DNA from: Gammaproteobacteria bacterium
GTDB taxonomy: Bacteria; Pseudomonadota; Gammaproteobacteria; Pseudomonadales; CAMLJR01
DNA length: 64,000 nt
NCBI GenBank assembly: GCA_029265075.1
Contig: JAJUJZ010000001.1
Span: 2,013-66,012, forward strand
Direction: 5' to 3'
A model generated the notes under the pieces. It was not told the DNA's origin and did not search any database. It saw nothing but the letters and a program-made list of their open reading frames with translations. The translations under genes were made by a program, and so were the position numbers. This document shows positions 1 to 13,931 of the stretch, piece by piece. The first letter of the stretch is position 1, and each line of letters opens with the position of its first letter.

Positions 1-1
1 C

Positions 2-1438
2 AATGAATCGCCGCGGGTACGGCAGCTGGCCAAGGCGATCAGCGAGTTTCCCGACCTGGCCGACCTGCTGAAGCGGGCGCTGATCGAGAATCCGCCGATG
101 GTGATCCGCGACGGCGGTGTCATCGCCAGCGGCTACGACGCAGAACTCGATGAGCTGCGTGACCTCTCCAGCAATGCCGGTGATTATCTGGTGGCGCTGG
201 AGGCACGCGAACGCGAGCGCACCGGCATCTCCACCCTGAAAGTGGGCTACAACCGGGTGCATGGCTACTACATTGAAATCAGCCGCGGTCAGGCTGACAA
301 CGCGCCCGCCGACTATCAGCGCCGGCAGACCTTGAAGAACGCCGAGCGTTTCATCACGCCGGAGCTGAAGGAGTACGAAGACAAGGCGCTGTCCGCCCGC
401 AGCCGCGCGCTGGCGCGCGAGAAATATCTCTACGACAAGCTGCTCGAGCGCCTCAACGAGCAGCTGGTGGCATTGCAGGACTGTGCAGCAGCCGTGGCCG
501 AACTCGACGTACTGGCGGCCCTGGCGGAACGTGCCGACCAGCTCGAAATGGTGCAGCCGGAACTGACGGATGAGAATCGCATCGACATCCGCGGCGGCCG
601 CCACCCGGTCGTTGAACGCGTGCTGGATGGTCCCTTTATTCCCAACGACGTCTGCTTCGATCAGCAGCGCCGCATGCTGATTGTCACCGGCCCTAACATG
701 GGTGGTAAGTCGACCTTCATGCGCCAGACTGCGCTAATTGTACTGCTGGCTCATGTCGGCAGTTTTGTGCCGGCGAGCAGCGCCTGTATCGGGCTGGTAG
801 ATCAGATTTTTACGCGCATCGGCTCGTCAGACGATCTGGCCGGTGGCCGCTCGACCTTCATGGTGGAGATGACTGAAACCGCCAACATTCTGCACAACGC
901 CACCGAGCGTAGCCTGGTCCTGATGGATGAAGTGGGACGCGGCACCAGCACCTTTGATGGACTGGCGCTGGCGTGGGCAGCGGCGGTGCACCTGGTCGAC
1001 AGACTGCGCTCTTTTACCCTGTTCGCCACTCACTATTTCGAGCTGACCCAGCTACCCCAGGAATACCCGCTGGCGGCTAACGTGCACCTCGATGCCACCG
1101 AATATCAGGACCACATCGTGTTCCTGCATGCGGTCCAGCCCGGTCCGGCCAGCCGCAGCTACGGGCTGCAGGTGGCGCAGCTGGCGGGTATTCCGTCGGA
1201 AGTCGTCACTGCGGCCAGACGCAAGCTGAGTGAGCTGGAACAACCGGTGACACCTGCGGGCGGAGCCGCTTCGACAGTGCAGCAAGGGCACGCCACGGAG
1301 ACGACCTTCCAGCAGGGCGATCTCTTCAGCGCGGCACCGCACCCGGTGCTGGAGCGTCTGGCAGCGCTGGATGTCGACGCCCTCTCACCACGCGAGGCGC
1401 TGCAGCTTCTGTATGAGCTGCGGGCGGAGGCAGAGTGA
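2..1438 (+). CDS. mutS: DNA mismatch repair protein MutS, C-terminal ~478 aa (5' end outside the window)
   Basis: The frame is open from nt 2 ([13 protein letters not shown]...[13 protein letters not shown]), so the ORF-track Met at 98 is internal. Motifs: Walker [28 protein letters not shown]. The mutS-fdxA-rpoS neighbourhood is typical. Confidence 0.95.
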   Translation, partial: NESPRVRQLAKAISEFPDLADLLKRALIENPPMVIRDGGVIASGYDAELDELRDLSSNAGDYLVALEARERERTGISTLKVGYNRVHGYYIEISRGQADNAPADYQRRQTLKNAERFITPELKEYEDKALSARSRALAREKYLYDKLLERLNEQLVALQDCAAAVAELDVLAALAERADQLEMVQPELTDENRIDIRGGRHPVVERVLDGPFIPNDVCFDQQRRMLIVTGPNMGGKSTFMRQTALIVLLAHVGSFVPASSACIGLVDQIFTRIGSSDDLAGGRSTFMVEMTETANILHNATERSLVLMDEVGRGTSTFDGLALAWAAAVHLVDRLRSFTLFATHYFELTQLPQEYPLAANVHLDATEYQDHIVFLHAVQPGPASRSYGLQVAQLAGIPSEVVTAARRKLSELEQPVTPAGGAASTVQQGHATETTFQQGDLFSAAPHPVLERLAALDVDALSPREALQLLYELRAEAE

Positions 1439-1446
1439 CGCAGTTA

Positions 1447-1474
1447 TTACAGGCACGAAATGAAGTGGTACAAT
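1447..1474 (+). promoter_or_regulatory. Candidate sigma-70 promoter of fdxA with extended -10
   Basis: TTACAG (1447-1452), 16-bp spacer, TGgTACAAT (1466-1474), about 37 nt upstream of the fdxA ATG. By inspection only. Confidence 0.4.
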
Positions 1475-1510
1475 CCGCGCTGTTTGGAACTAGCCGAGGC
1501 TTGTAGTGCG

Positions 1511-1834
1511 ATGACATTTGTAGTGGGTGAAAACTGCATCAAGTGCAAACACACGGACTGCGTGGAAGTTTGCCCGGTTGACTGTTTCTACGAAGGCCCC
1601 AACTTTCTCGTGATCCACCCCGACGAATGTATCGATTGCGCGCTCTGCGAGCCTGAGTGCCCGGTGGATGCCATCTACTCGGAAGATGAGCTGCCCGAGG
1701 ATCAGCAGGTATTCCTGCAGCTGAACGCCGAGCTGGCGGAAGTCTGGCCCAACATCACCGAGAAAAAAGACTCGCCGCCCGATGCCGACGAGTGGGATGG
1801 CGTGCCCAACAAGCTGCAGTATCTGGAGCGCTGA
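1511..1834 (+). CDS. fdxA: 7Fe-type ferredoxin (3Fe-4S + 4Fe-4S), 107 aa
   Basis: [26 protein letters not shown]...[16 protein letters not shown] carries two Cys clusters of the Azotobacter/Pseudomonas FdxA type. The ORF-track start at 1460 adds 17 non-conserved residues. Confidence 0.9.
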   Translation: MTFVVGENCIKCKHTDCVEVCPVDCFYEGPNFLVIHPDECIDCALCEPECPVDAIYSEDELPEDQQVFLQLNAELAEVWPNITEKKDSPPDADEWDGVPNKLQYLER

Positions 1835-1876
1835 TCTCCGACTGCTGGCCGGTTGTGTTTCTGACCACCGGCCAAT

Positions 1877-1908
1877 AAAAAAACCGCTGATCTCTCAGCG
1901 GTTTTTTT
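1877..1908. terminator. Bidirectional rho-independent terminator between convergent fdxA and rpoS
   Basis: Perfect hairpin ACCGCTGA-tctc-TCAGCGGT, flanked by A7 (1877-1883) and T7 (1902-1908). Confidence 0.85.
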
Positions 1909-1929
1909 ATGCGCACAGCAACAGGACTG

Positions 1930-2973
1930 TCAGCTGAAAACGGTTTCACCACTCAGGCCGTTGCGCTCCATGATGTCGCGCAGACGACGCAGCGCCTCCA
2001 CCTGGATCTGACGGACACGCTCCCGGGTAAGCCCGATTTCGCGCCCAACCTCTTCCAGCGTCGCCGCCTCGTGACCACGCAGCCCGAAGCGCCGGGCGAC
2101 AACTTCACGCTGCTTTTCGGTCAGCTCGTCCAGCCACACGCTGATGCTGGCGCGCATATCGTCGTCCTGCAGCAGCTCAGCCGGGTCGGAGACCTGCGTA
2201 TCGGGAATGGTATCGAGCAGCGAGCGATCGGAGTCATAACCCAGCGGCGTATCGACCGAAGTCACCCGCTCATTGAGACCGAGCATTCGCTTGACGTCTT
2301 CAACCGGCCGGTCCAGCAGCTCCGCAATTTCTTCGGCGGTGGGCTCATGGTCCAGTTTCTGGGTCAGCTCACGCGCCGCGCGCAGATAGACGTTGAGTTC
2401 CTTGACGACGTGGATCGGCAGCCGGATGGTGCGCGTCTGGTTCATGATGGCGCGCTCGATAGTCTGCCGGATCCACCAGGTCGCATAGGTCGAGAAGCGG
2501 AAGCCGCGCTCCGGGTCAAACTTCTCGACGGCCCGGATCAGACCGAGATTGCCCTCTTCGATCAGATCGAGCAGCGACAGCCCGCGATTGACATACCGGC
2601 GAGCGATCTTCACCACGAGCCGCAGGTTGGACTCGATCATGCGAGTGCGCCCCGCCGGATCACCCTTCACTGCCAGACGCGCGTAATAGACCTCCTCTTC
2701 GGGTGTCAGCAGGGTCGAAAAGCCAATCTCATTGAGATACATCTGGGTGGCATCGAGCGTCTTCTGCAACGACGCCGTGGCACCCCGTCCTACTGAACCC
2801 CGTACGTAGCGAGAGGACTCAGCCGCTTCCTGATCATCTTCCTCGTCGGCTGCATCGAGTGCCGCAGGAAGATCGTCCCCCACCATCACCTCATCCGTAC
2901 CGAAGCCGAGCTCGCTTCCGAGTGCTGCGTCGAACTCGCCTGCGCTGGAATCCTCTTCCCGTTCACTCTGCAT
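1930..2973 (-). CDS. rpoS: RNA polymerase sigma factor RpoS (sigma-38), 347 aa from ATG 2973
   Basis: Sigma-70 family regions: [67 protein letters not shown]. Lies directly downstream of nlpD. The ORF-track start at 3063 adds 30 aa and almost abuts the nlpD stop. Confidence 0.93.
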   Translation of the reverse strand: MQSEREEDSSAGEFDAALGSELGFGTDEVMVGDDLPAALDAADEEDDQEAAESSRYVRGSVGRGATASLQKTLDATQMYLNEIGFSTLLTPEEEVYYARLAVKGDPAGRTRMIESNLRLVVKIARRYVNRGLSLLDLIEEGNLGLIRAVEKFDPERGFRFSTYATWWIRQTIERAIMNQTRTIRLPIHVVKELNVYLRAARELTQKLDHEPTAEEIAELLDRPVEDVKRMLGLNERVTSVDTPLGYDSDRSLLDTIPDTQVSDPAELLQDDDMRASISVWLDELTEKQREVVARRFGLRGHEAATLEEVGREIGLTRERVRQIQVEALRRLRDIMERNGLSGETVFS

Positions 2974-3071
2974 CAGTTCACCGTCCTTATGTAAAAAGCC
3001 CGCGTCACAAGCAAATCCGCGAACGCCTCGACTGCCAGGGTCCAGGCTCTGCCGGAATGACAACGCTGCCT

Positions 3072-3845
3072 TTACCGTCTCGGCAGCAGTGCTATCGGAT
3101 CGACAGGCCGTCCATACTCCCTGACCTCAAAGTGCAGCTTGGCGAAATCGGTACCACTATCTCCAATCTCGGCAATCTGCTCGCCAGCTTTAACACGCTG
3201 TCCCTCAGCGACCAGCAGTCGGCTATTGTGGCCGTACGCGCTCAGATAACGTTCGTTATGTTTCAGAATGATCAGGTTGCCATAACCGATCAGTCCGCTG
3301 CCGGCGTACACCACCACTCCATTGTTGGTTGCGACTACAGGCTCGCCGAACTCTCCGCGAATATCAATCCCCTTGTGAGCCACAGCTCCGCTTCCAAAGC
3401 GTGTCACTACTGGCCCTTGTGCCGGCCAGCGCCATTGGGACGCGAGTGGCTGCGACGGAATGGTTGGTCGATGGGGCGTATCGGTCGTGGTTGGGGTCCT
3501 TTTTTGCGTAGGGGCCTGGACGGTGCCGGAAGCGGACGGGCCCGGCACTCGGGAGAGGTCCAGAGTCAGCCGCTGGCCCGCGCGGATGCGCGACCCATCG
3601 CCCAGATTGTTAGCATGCGCTAACCGTGAAACATCCAGTCCATAGCGCCAGCCAATGGAGTAAAGCGTCTCACCGGGGGCTACGATGTGGAAATCGATGC
3701 GGCGTGGGGGGGCGGCATCACGCTCCACTACGGGCGGCAACGGCCGCGATCCGCCGCAGGCAGCGAGGGCAACCAGCGTGAAGCACATCACACACACAAG
3801 AATGGCTCGCGGGCCGATGCTGTTCCCCATCGGACGGAAAATCAC
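3072..3845 (-). CDS. nlpD: Murein hydrolase activator NlpD-like lipoprotein (LysM + M23/LytM domain)
   Basis: Lipobox LVALAAC, LysM ([29 protein letters not shown]), Pro/Thr-rich linker, C-terminal M23 fold ([26 protein letters not shown]...GNLIILKH). Start is GTG 3845 or ATG 3830. Confidence 0.88.
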   Translation of the reverse strand: MIFRPMGNSIGPRAILVCVMCFTLVALAACGGSRPLPPVVERDAAPPRRIDFHIVAPGETLYSIGWRYGLDVSRLAHANNLGDGSRIRAGQRLTLDLSRVPGPSASGTVQAPTQKRTPTTTDTPHRPTIPSQPLASQWRWPAQGPVVTRFGSGAVAHKGIDIRGEFGEPVVATNNGVVVYAGSGLIGYGNLIILKHNERYLSAYGHNSRLLVAEGQRVKAGEQIAEIGDSGTDFAKLHFEVREYGRPVDPIALLPRR

Positions 3846-3908
3846 TCTGCAGCCGGCGGTCGGTTAATCACGATTCTAGAGGTCCCGTCCCCTTCTCTGG
3901 AAAAATTA

Positions 3909-3937
3909 AATCTAAGAAATATGAAACTTTTTAGGAA
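3909..3937 (-). promoter_or_regulatory. Candidate sigma-70 promoter for nlpD in an AT-rich spacer
   Basis: Minus strand reads TTCCTA (3937-3932), 17-bp spacer, TAGATT (3914-3909), preceded by an A/T tract. By inspection only. Confidence 0.3.
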
Positions 3938-4118
3938 AGCAGCGGTCGCGGACTCCGATTCTCGCGGGGGGATGCCGCGCTACGACAGTGTGCTGATTAA
4001 CACTTCTGTCGCGAACCTGCTCACCCTCAGTTGTAAGTGTTCGATATCAGACGTTCAGCCCCTTATTATCATTAGTTACTGGCAGCGCGTGATCTAATTC
4101 ACAAACTAATTTGGTGAC

Positions 4119-4763
4119 TCAGCGCCGGATGACACCACTGAGCAGTGGGACAAATCGCACCGGTTCGATAATCTGGCGCTCGAAACCGTCATCCGTGCGC
4201 GTAATTACCACCAGGTGCTGTTCGCGATCATCCCCTTCGGGCGAAACCAGCCGCCCCCCGATTGCCAGTTGTTCAATCAGCTCAGCAGGAATCTCGCGGG
4301 GCGCTGCAGCGGACAGAATCCCGTCGAAAGGTGCTTTCTCCGCCCACCCCATCGCGCCGTCCGCCAGCCGGCACTGCACATTGTAGATCCGCAGCGAACG
4401 CAGGCGGTCGCGCGCTTTCTCCAGCAGAGGCTGGATGCGCTCGACGCTGAATACCTGCTCCACCCCCGGCATGCGCGCCAGGATGGTGGTCTGGTATCCC
4501 GAACCCGTGCCCACCTCGAGCACGCGCGCAGGGGCGCCTGCAGCGAACAGCAACTCGGTCATGCGGGCAACAATGTAAGGCTGGGAGAGCGTCTGCTGGA
4601 AGCCAATGGGGAGTGCGCTGTCTTCATAGGCCCGGTGAGCCAGTGCCTCGTCGAGATAAATATGGCGCGGTGTGGTGCGAATGATGTCGAGCAGCGCCTG
4701 ATTCTCTATGCCCTGCTCCTGCAAGCGCTGAACCAGACGATCACGTGTGCGCTGCGACGTCAT
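4119..4763 (-). CDS. pcm: Protein-L-isoaspartate O-methyltransferase, 214 aa from ATG 4763
   Basis: SAM-binding motif VLEVGTGSGYQT, PCMT-family sequence throughout, pcm-nlpD-rpoS context. The ORF-track start at 4814 is a TTG and is less likely. Confidence 0.9.
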   Translation of the reverse strand: MTSQRTRDRLVQRLQEQGIENQALLDIIRTTPRHIYLDEALAHRAYEDSALPIGFQQTLSQPYIVARMTELLFAAGAPARVLEVGTGSGYQTTILARMPGVEQVFSVERIQPLLEKARDRLRSLRIYNVQCRLADGAMGWAEKAPFDGILSAAAPREIPAELIEQLAIGGRLVSPEGDDREQHLVVITRTDDGFERQIIEPVRFVPLLSGVIRR

Positions 4764-4817
4764 CCCAATGCCGCTGAACTGTTCCGGTGTCACACGAATT
4801 CCCCAGTGGTGCAAAAA

Positions 4818-5852
4818 TTATTCATTATAAGCGTCGACGTAGTCTGCGGCTTCGCGAATCAGACTCGTCGCAAAACAGCCACGCGGCAGCACGAAGCTCA
4901 GCTCTGCTGCCGGACCGTCAAGCAGGCGCCACTGCCATTCCCGTGGCTGTAATCGCAGCGCCCGCCGCTCGGCTGACAGCCCCGCAGCGTGCAGTGCCTG
5001 CTCAAGCTCCTGCCAGGGTTCAAGCGCCGCTAGCTCGACCGCAAGGGCATCCGCGGTGGGCGCCAGCTTGCCGGGCCGACCAGCCAGGGGGCCGGTTGGA
5101 TGCACGTCACCGCTGGCCACCCGTGTCACCAGCGCATCGCTGAGTTCGTCGCTGAACAGACTGGCGCTGCCATCCAGCATCAGCAGCTCGCCCGCGAGTG
5201 CCTGATTCCATGAATCGTCGCGCACCCGGGCCGCCAGCACCTCGTTGAACAGCAACGACCGCAGGCTGGAGAGCCAGAGCGCCTGCAGGTGCCGCGGCTT
5301 GCGCGGCCTGCCGGCTGCCAGCCACTGGCGTGCAGCCTCGATATTGTTGCCGTCGCGACCGAAGCGCTGAGGCCCGAAATAGTTGGGCACGCCCTGCTGG
5401 CCGATCTGATCAAGCCGCGCTTCAAAGGCGCTCAGATCACCTTCGATATCATCGAGGCGAATAACAAAGCGATTGCCACGATGGGTACCACGCCGCAATT
5501 TGCGGCTGTGCCGGCTCACCTGCAGCAGGCGCACGCTGGGATCAGCCCAGTCACGCCAGTCGACCTCGCGCTTCAGCAGATGCAGGCTGAACCACTGACG
5601 GGTGATCGCATGGCGATCCTTCATGCCCGACCAGGAGACATCCGCTTCGCGTATGCCGGCAAAGCGGGCCAGCCGCCGCGCCACCTCGGCGGTATTGACG
5701 CCTTCTTTCTCAACCCAGAGGCAGCAGTGCTCACCCTCACCATCCGGCTCGAAGCCCAGCAGCTCCTCCACCTGAAAGGCAGCACGCGTGGCGCGCAGAC
5801 GTGCGCGCACCGGCGCCTCGCCGCACGCGTGCGGCCACACCGGCAGCGTCAT
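4818..5852 (-). CDS. truD: tRNA pseudouridine(13) synthase TruD
   Basis: 344 aa. Motifs [14 protein letters not shown] (catalytic Asp) and [13 protein letters not shown] start/stop overlap with ispF. Confidence 0.9.
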   Translation of the reverse strand: MTLPVWPHACGEAPVRARLRATRAAFQVEELLGFEPDGEGEHCCLWVEKEGVNTAEVARRLARFAGIREADVSWSGMKDRHAITRQWFSLHLLKREVDWRDWADPSVRLLQVSRHSRKLRRGTHRGNRFVIRLDDIEGDLSAFEARLDQIGQQGVPNYFGPQRFGRDGNNIEAARQWLAAGRPRKPRHLQALWLSSLRSLLFNEVLAARVRDDSWNQALAGELLMLDGSASLFSDELSDALVTRVASGDVHPTGPLAGRPGKLAPTADALAVELAALEPWQELEQALHAAGLSAERRALRLQPREWQWRLLDGPAAELSFVLPRGCFATSLIREAADYVDAYNE

Positions 5853-6325
5853 GAAATGCGCTCCAGCAGTACCACGGCATGCGTCGCAATGCCCTCCTCT
5901 CGGCCCACGAAACCCAGTTTTTCCGTGGTGGTCGCCTTGAGGTTGATCTGGCTTTCAAGACAGTCGAGATCAGCAGCAATATTGGCCACCATCGCAGGCG
6001 CATGACGCGCCAGCCGCGGTGCTTCTGCGAGTACGGTGATATCGGCATTGGCCAGCTGCAGCCCCTGCTCGCGCACCAGGGCATAACAGTGGCCCAGCAG
6101 CTGGCGGCTGTCGACGCCCCGCCACCGGGGGTCGGTATCGGGGAAGTGGCGGCCAATGTCGCCCAGCGCGCACGCACCGAGCAGCGCGTCACACAGCGCG
6201 TGCAACACGACATCACCATCGGAATGGGCGATGAGGCCTGCACTATGCGCAATGCGCACACCGCCCAGCATCACATGATCGCCCGGCCCGAACCGGTGGA
6301 CGTCAAAACCGTGTCCGATGCGCAT
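5849..6325 (-). CDS. ispF: 2-C-methyl-D-erythritol 2,4-cyclodiphosphate synthase
   Basis: 158 aa, [12 protein letters not shown]...[13 protein letters not shown]..., IspF family. Coupled to ispD (TAATG). Confidence 0.93.
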   Translation of the reverse strand: MRIGHGFDVHRFGPGDHVMLGGVRIAHSAGLIAHSDGDVVLHALCDALLGACALGDIGRHFPDTDPRWRGVDSRQLLGHCYALVREQGLQLANADITVLAEAPRLARHAPAMVANIAADLDCLESQINLKATTTEKLGFVGREEGIATHAVVLLERIS

Positions 6326-7050
6326 TACGCCACTCCACTTCCCAGGTAAAAAGCCGCGAGCGCGAGGTCGTCGGCTCGCGTGATCTTGAGATTACGCCGC
6401 GAGCCTTCCACCAGCAGCGGCCGGCGACCGAGTGCTTCCACCGCCTGCGCTTCGTCGGTCACCACAGTGCCGTCCACAAATGCCTGATCCAGTGCTGCGG
6501 CCAGCAGCGTGCGATCAAACAGCTGTGGTGTCTGAGCCTGCCACAGGCGGCTGCGATCCACCGTGCGGACGCTGCGCTTGTCAGCGGCGGCCTCTTTCAG
6601 CGTGTCGGCAACGGGCAGCGCCAGCAGTCCACCATCCGGGTGCGGACCCGCTACGCGGATCAGCCGCTCGATATCGGCTGCCGGACAGCAGGGGCGCGCC
6701 ACATCATGCACCAGCACCGTCGGCGGCGCGTCGGTCTCCGCCAGCCGCTGCAGGCCATTGCGGACGGAGTGACAGCGCTCGGCACCACCGGCAACGATCA
6801 GCACGCGCGGGTCCCGCGTCAGCGCGATCTCCCGCCAGCGCTCGTCGTCAGCTGCGACGACCAGGACCAGATGAGTAAGCTGCGGCAGCGTCAGCAGCAG
6901 ACTGAGCGTGTGCTCCATCACCGTGGCGCCTGCCACCATCGCGTACTGCTTCGGCAGGTCGCCGCCAAAACGGCGGCCGACACCGGCCGCGGGCACGACC
7001 GCAGCGACCGGAAAAGAGAGAGACGATGACACCGGTTTACTTGTCGACAA
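6325..7050 (-). CDS. ispD: 2-C-methyl-D-erythritol 4-phosphate cytidylyltransferase
   Basis: 241 aa with the [12 protein letters not shown] loop. ftsB-ispD-ispF order. The start overlaps the ftsB stop by 14 nt. Confidence 0.9.
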   Translation of the reverse strand: MSTSKPVSSSLSFPVAAVVPAAGVGRRFGGDLPKQYAMVAGATVMEHTLSLLLTLPQLTHLVLVVAADDERWREIALTRDPRVLIVAGGAERCHSVRNGLQRLAETDAPPTVLVHDVARPCCPAADIERLIRVAGPHPDGGLLALPVADTLKEAAADKRSVRTVDRSRLWQAQTPQLFDRTLLAAALDQAFVDGTVVTDEAQAVEALGRRPLLVEGSRRNLKITRADDLALAAFYLGSGVA

Positions 7051-7309
7051 TGAGATAGAAGGTTTCGTCCTTGCGCGTCATGCCCAGCTCGCCGCGCGCC
7101 CGCTCTTCGAGCGCGTCGACCCCGGATTTGAGGTTGATCACTTCCTCTTCCAGCAGCCGATTGCGCTTCTCGAGCTCGCCGGTGCGCTGTTGCTGGACCT
7201 CGATCTCGGCCTTGAGCGCAGCGACATCCGCCCAGCTCCCGGGACCGATCCAGAGCCGGTATTGCAATCCCAGCAGCAACAGCAGGAGCAGGATATTTAG
7301 CCAGCGCAT
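7037..7309 (-). CDS. ftsB: Cell division protein FtsB
   Basis: 90 aa. N-terminal TM helix (LNILLLLLLLGLQYRLW) followed by a coiled coil. Conserved position between eno and ispD. Confidence 0.85.
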   Translation of the reverse strand: MRWLNILLLLLLLGLQYRLWIGPGSWADVAALKAEIEVQQQRTGELEKRNRLLEEEVINLKSGVDALEERARGELGMTRKDETFYLIVDK

Positions 7310-7325
7310 GAGAGCCGTTATGCCG

Positions 7326-7353
7326 AAAAAAAGCGCCAGCGGCGCGATGGCGC
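7326..7353 (-). terminator. Rho-independent terminator downstream of eno
   Basis: Minus strand reads GCGCCA-tcgcgccgc-TGGCGC followed by T7. The U-tract ends 16 nt before the ftsB ATG. Confidence 0.6.
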
Positions 7354-7400
7354 GACGTTATCACAATCCCTGAGCAGGAGAAAATGACGGCTCGCGAGAG

Positions 7401-7431
7401 CGCCACCGGACGCGAATCCGGTCCGGTGGCG
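7401..7431 (-). other. 11-bp perfect GC-rich stem-loop immediately after the eno stop
   Basis: CGCCACCGGAC-gcgaatccg-GTCCGGTGGCG. No U-tract, so it is more likely an mRNA-stabilising or processing hairpin than an intrinsic terminator. Confidence 0.45.
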
Positions 7432-7439
7432 AATGCAGA

Positions 7440-8756
<1,317 letters not shown>

Positions 8757-8857
8757 TTACGGCGCCTTCGGTGGCGCTGCATCGATTGAAAACGGTCATG
8801 GCAAGGCCGGCTGGTAGCGCTACGGTTGCTGTGCGCGGCGCCGGCACTCTGCCGTTG

Positions 8858-11439
<2,582 letters not shown>

Positions 11440-12771
11440 TCAATGTGACGATGGTGTGAGTCGGTGCCAGTGCAGGGCCCAGCCGGGCTCTCCCGGCGCC
11501 GCCTGATAACCTTCACAGACCCACAGATCAGCGACGGCCACCAGCTCGTCACCGCTGTAGATGAGCGGCAGTCGCTCGCGCCACCACGGTTCGAGTTCAC
11601 ACTCCTGCAGCAGCCGGCGCAGCGTTTGCGAGTGACGCCGGCCTGCGGGCCGGCAGCGCTCTCCGCCAGCGCGGCTGCGGACGCTGAGCGGCAGTCCCCG
11701 GCGCAGTCCCTCACCTGTCACTGGCTCGGCCCGCAGCTCACCGCCAGCTGGGAGTGTCAGCGGCCGCGTCGGTTCCCATGCCTGCGCGGGCCACGGCAGG
11801 AACGGCGGCAGTGGTGTCATGGCGTACAGCCAGCCGCGATAACGCCGCACTTCGGCGGCGCCGGCTGGTCCGCGCCATGTCACCAGGGGCAATGCGTCGT
11901 CAGTGGCGGTGGCCAGCCGCTCCAGCTGCTCCAGCACGGCAACACCAGGCTGTGGTAATTGCAGTCCCGCCAGCCAGTGGCGCCACAGATTGAAGCGCCG
12001 TGGCTGCGACAGCGCCAGCGCTGCGGCAATGGCGAGCCGCTCACCCTCGGCGGCAGCCGCCAGGTCCAGTGCCGCCACCTCGGCGAGCACGGTGGCCACC
12101 TGCTCACCCTGGGCTGCAGCGCGCCCCAGCGTGTCGCGATATCCGGGCCACCGCTGTCCGATCAGCGGCAGTACCTGGTTGCGGAGGAAATTCCGGTCAT
12201 ACTGAGAATCGCAATTGCTGGGGTCTTCAACCCAGTGCAGGCCGTGCTGTTGTGCATGCGCCTCCAGTTCGGAGCGCGTCGTCTGCAGCAGAGGCCGAAG
12301 AATGGTGGCGCCCCCCAACGGACGCTCTGCAGGGATGCCGATGGCTGCAGCGGCGCCCCGGCCACTGAGCAGCCGCAGCAGCACGGTCTCGGCCTGATCA
12401 TCAGCGTGGTGGCCCTGCAGCAGCAGATCGCCCGATCCGCACAGCTGCCGGAATGCTGCATACCGCGCTGCACGTGCTGCGGCCTCGAGCCCCAGCCCGG
12501 CTGTCAGGTCAACCTCAACAGGAACAACGGTCAGCGGAATACCCAGCGCTCCGCAGACCGCCTGACAATGCGCAGCCCAGTCGGACGCCTGCGGTTGCAG
12601 CTGGTGATTGACGTGGATAGCCCGCAGCTCTGGCCACGGCCCGCCGTGCTGACGCAGCTGATGACAAAGATGCAGCAGCACATGGGAGTCGAGGCCGCCG
12701 CTGTAGGCCACCCACCAGCGGCGACAGTCTCGGTGGGAGTGGAGCCGGATGGCGAGCGCGCTGCTGTCCAT
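11440..12771 (-). CDS. tilS: tRNA(Ile)-lysidine synthase, 443 aa from ATG 12771
   Basis: PP-loop motif VAYSGGLDSHVLL. accA-tilS-pyrG order. The longer ORF-track start (12849) would overlap the accA 3' end. Confidence 0.88.
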   Translation of the reverse strand: MDSSALAIRLHSHRDCRRWWVAYSGGLDSHVLLHLCHQLRQHGGPWPELRAIHVNHQLQPQASDWAAHCQAVCGALGIPLTVVPVEVDLTAGLGLEAAARAARYAAFRQLCGSGDLLLQGHHADDQAETVLLRLLSGRGAAAAIGIPAERPLGGATILRPLLQTTRSELEAHAQQHGLHWVEDPSNCDSQYDRNFLRNQVLPLIGQRWPGYRDTLGRAAAQGEQVATVLAEVAALDLAAAAEGERLAIAAALALSQPRRFNLWRHWLAGLQLPQPGVAVLEQLERLATATDDALPLVTWRGPAGAAEVRRYRGWLYAMTPLPPFLPWPAQAWEPTRPLTLPAGGELRAEPVTGEGLRRGLPLSVRSRAGGERCRPAGRRHSQTLRRLLQECELEPWWRERLPLIYSGDELVAVADLWVCEGYQAAPGEPGWALHWHRLTPSSH

Positions 12772-12781
12772 CCCGCGCCGT

Positions 12782-13729
12782 TTATCTGCCGTAGGACATG
12801 AAGCGCTGGTAGCGACGCTCCAGCAGCTCGTCGACCGGGATGCCCGCAAGACGATCGAGCTGCGTCACGAGATATTCCTTTATGCGACCGGCAGTTAGCT
12901 CGGGATCGCGGTGAGCACCACCCAGCGGCTCGGGAATGGTCTCGTCGACGATGCCAAGGTCTTCCAGCACTTTGGAGGTCAGCCCCATCGCTTCGGCAGC
13001 TTCAGGTGCCTTGGCAGAGGTTTTCCAGATGATGTTGGCGCACCCTTCAGGGGAAATAACGAAGTAGGTGGCGTACTGCAGCATCGCGAGATGGTCGCCG
13101 ACGCCGATACCCAGCGCACCGCCGGAGCTGCCCTCACCGATGACCACACAGACGATCGGCGTCTTCAGGCGAGACATCACCGCCAGGTTAGTGGCAATGG
13201 CCTCACTGATCCCCCGCTCCTCACTGTCGATGCCGGGATAGGCACCGGGCGTGTCGATCAGCGTGATGATCGGCAGTTTGAAGCGCTCGGCCGTCTCCAT
13301 CAGGCGCAGCGCCTTGCGGTAGCCCTCGGGCTTGGGCATACCGAAGTTGCGCTTAACCTTTTCCGGCACACCGCGCCCCTTCTCCTGGCCGATGACCATG
13401 ACCGGCCGGCCGTCCAGACGGGCGACACCACCTACGATGGCTTTGTCGTCGCCGAAATGGCGGTCGCCGTGCAGTTCATCGAACTCGGTGAAGATGCGCG
13501 GAATATAATCCAGCGTGTAAGGCCGCAGCGGATGGCGCGCTACCCGTACGATGTCCCAGGGGGTCAGATTCGAATAGATCTTCTCGGTCAGCTTGATGCT
13601 CTTCTCGCGCAGCTTGGCGATCTCATCATTGATGTTGAGATTGTTGTCATTGCTGACCAGCTGCAGCTCCTCGATCTTGGCTTCGAGTTCGGCGATTGGC
13701 TGTTCGAAATCGAGGTAATTCGGATTCAT
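12782..13729 (-). CDS. accA: Acetyl-CoA carboxylase carboxyltransferase alpha subunit
   Basis: [22 protein letters not shown] matches the AccA N-terminus. ATG 13729 has AAGGTG 4 nt upstream. The ORF-track GTG at 13735 is 2 codons further up. Confidence 0.95.
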   Translation of the reverse strand: MNPNYLDFEQPIAELEAKIEELQLVSNDNNLNINDEIAKLREKSIKLTEKIYSNLTPWDIVRVARHPLRPYTLDYIPRIFTEFDELHGDRHFGDDKAIVGGVARLDGRPVMVIGQEKGRGVPEKVKRNFGMPKPEGYRKALRLMETAERFKLPIITLIDTPGAYPGIDSEERGISEAIATNLAVMSRLKTPIVCVVIGEGSSGGALGIGVGDHLAMLQYATYFVISPEGCANIIWKTSAKAPEAAEAMGLTSKVLEDLGIVDETIPEPLGGAHRDPELTAGRIKEYLVTQLDRLAGIPVDELLERRYQRFMSYGR

Positions 13730-13770
13730 GGTCACCTTGGCTGATCTGGCGCCCTAATGGACTGTTGGGA

Positions 13771-13798
13771 AACGGCGGAACGCGCGCTCGCCGCCGTT
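13771..13798 (-). other. GC-rich stem-loop in the dnaE-accA spacer (accA leader or dnaE 3' hairpin)
   Basis: AACGGCGG / CCGCCGTT 8-bp stem with a 12-nt loop and no U-tract. Lies between a TATAAT box (13851-13856) and the accA start. Confidence 0.4.
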
Positions 13799-13850
13799 CC
13801 GGAACTGCTGAGTACGGCACCAAAGCGCCGCGGGGGCAGAAAGATACGCG

Positions 13851-13856
13851 ATTATA
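13851..13856 (-). promoter_or_regulatory. Candidate accA -10 element (perfect TATAAT)
   Basis: Minus strand reads gtcagcTATAATcgc, about 120 nt upstream of accA. The -35 region is weak (TCGGCT). Confidence 0.3.
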
Positions 13857-13931
13857 GCTGACACGTCGACCGAAGCCGAACCTCAGCCATAGGCACTAAT
13901 TCACTGTTCGGCAACATCATGGCGGGCCGGC

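Noticed and set aside
1835-1929. Expected an RsmZ-type sRNA between fdxA and rpoS, as in pseudomonads
   Set aside because: Only 95 bp separate the two stop codons, and they are filled by two hairpins (1846-1874 and 1877-1908). There are no multiple exposed GGA motifs and no room for a promoter, so no rsmZ is present here.
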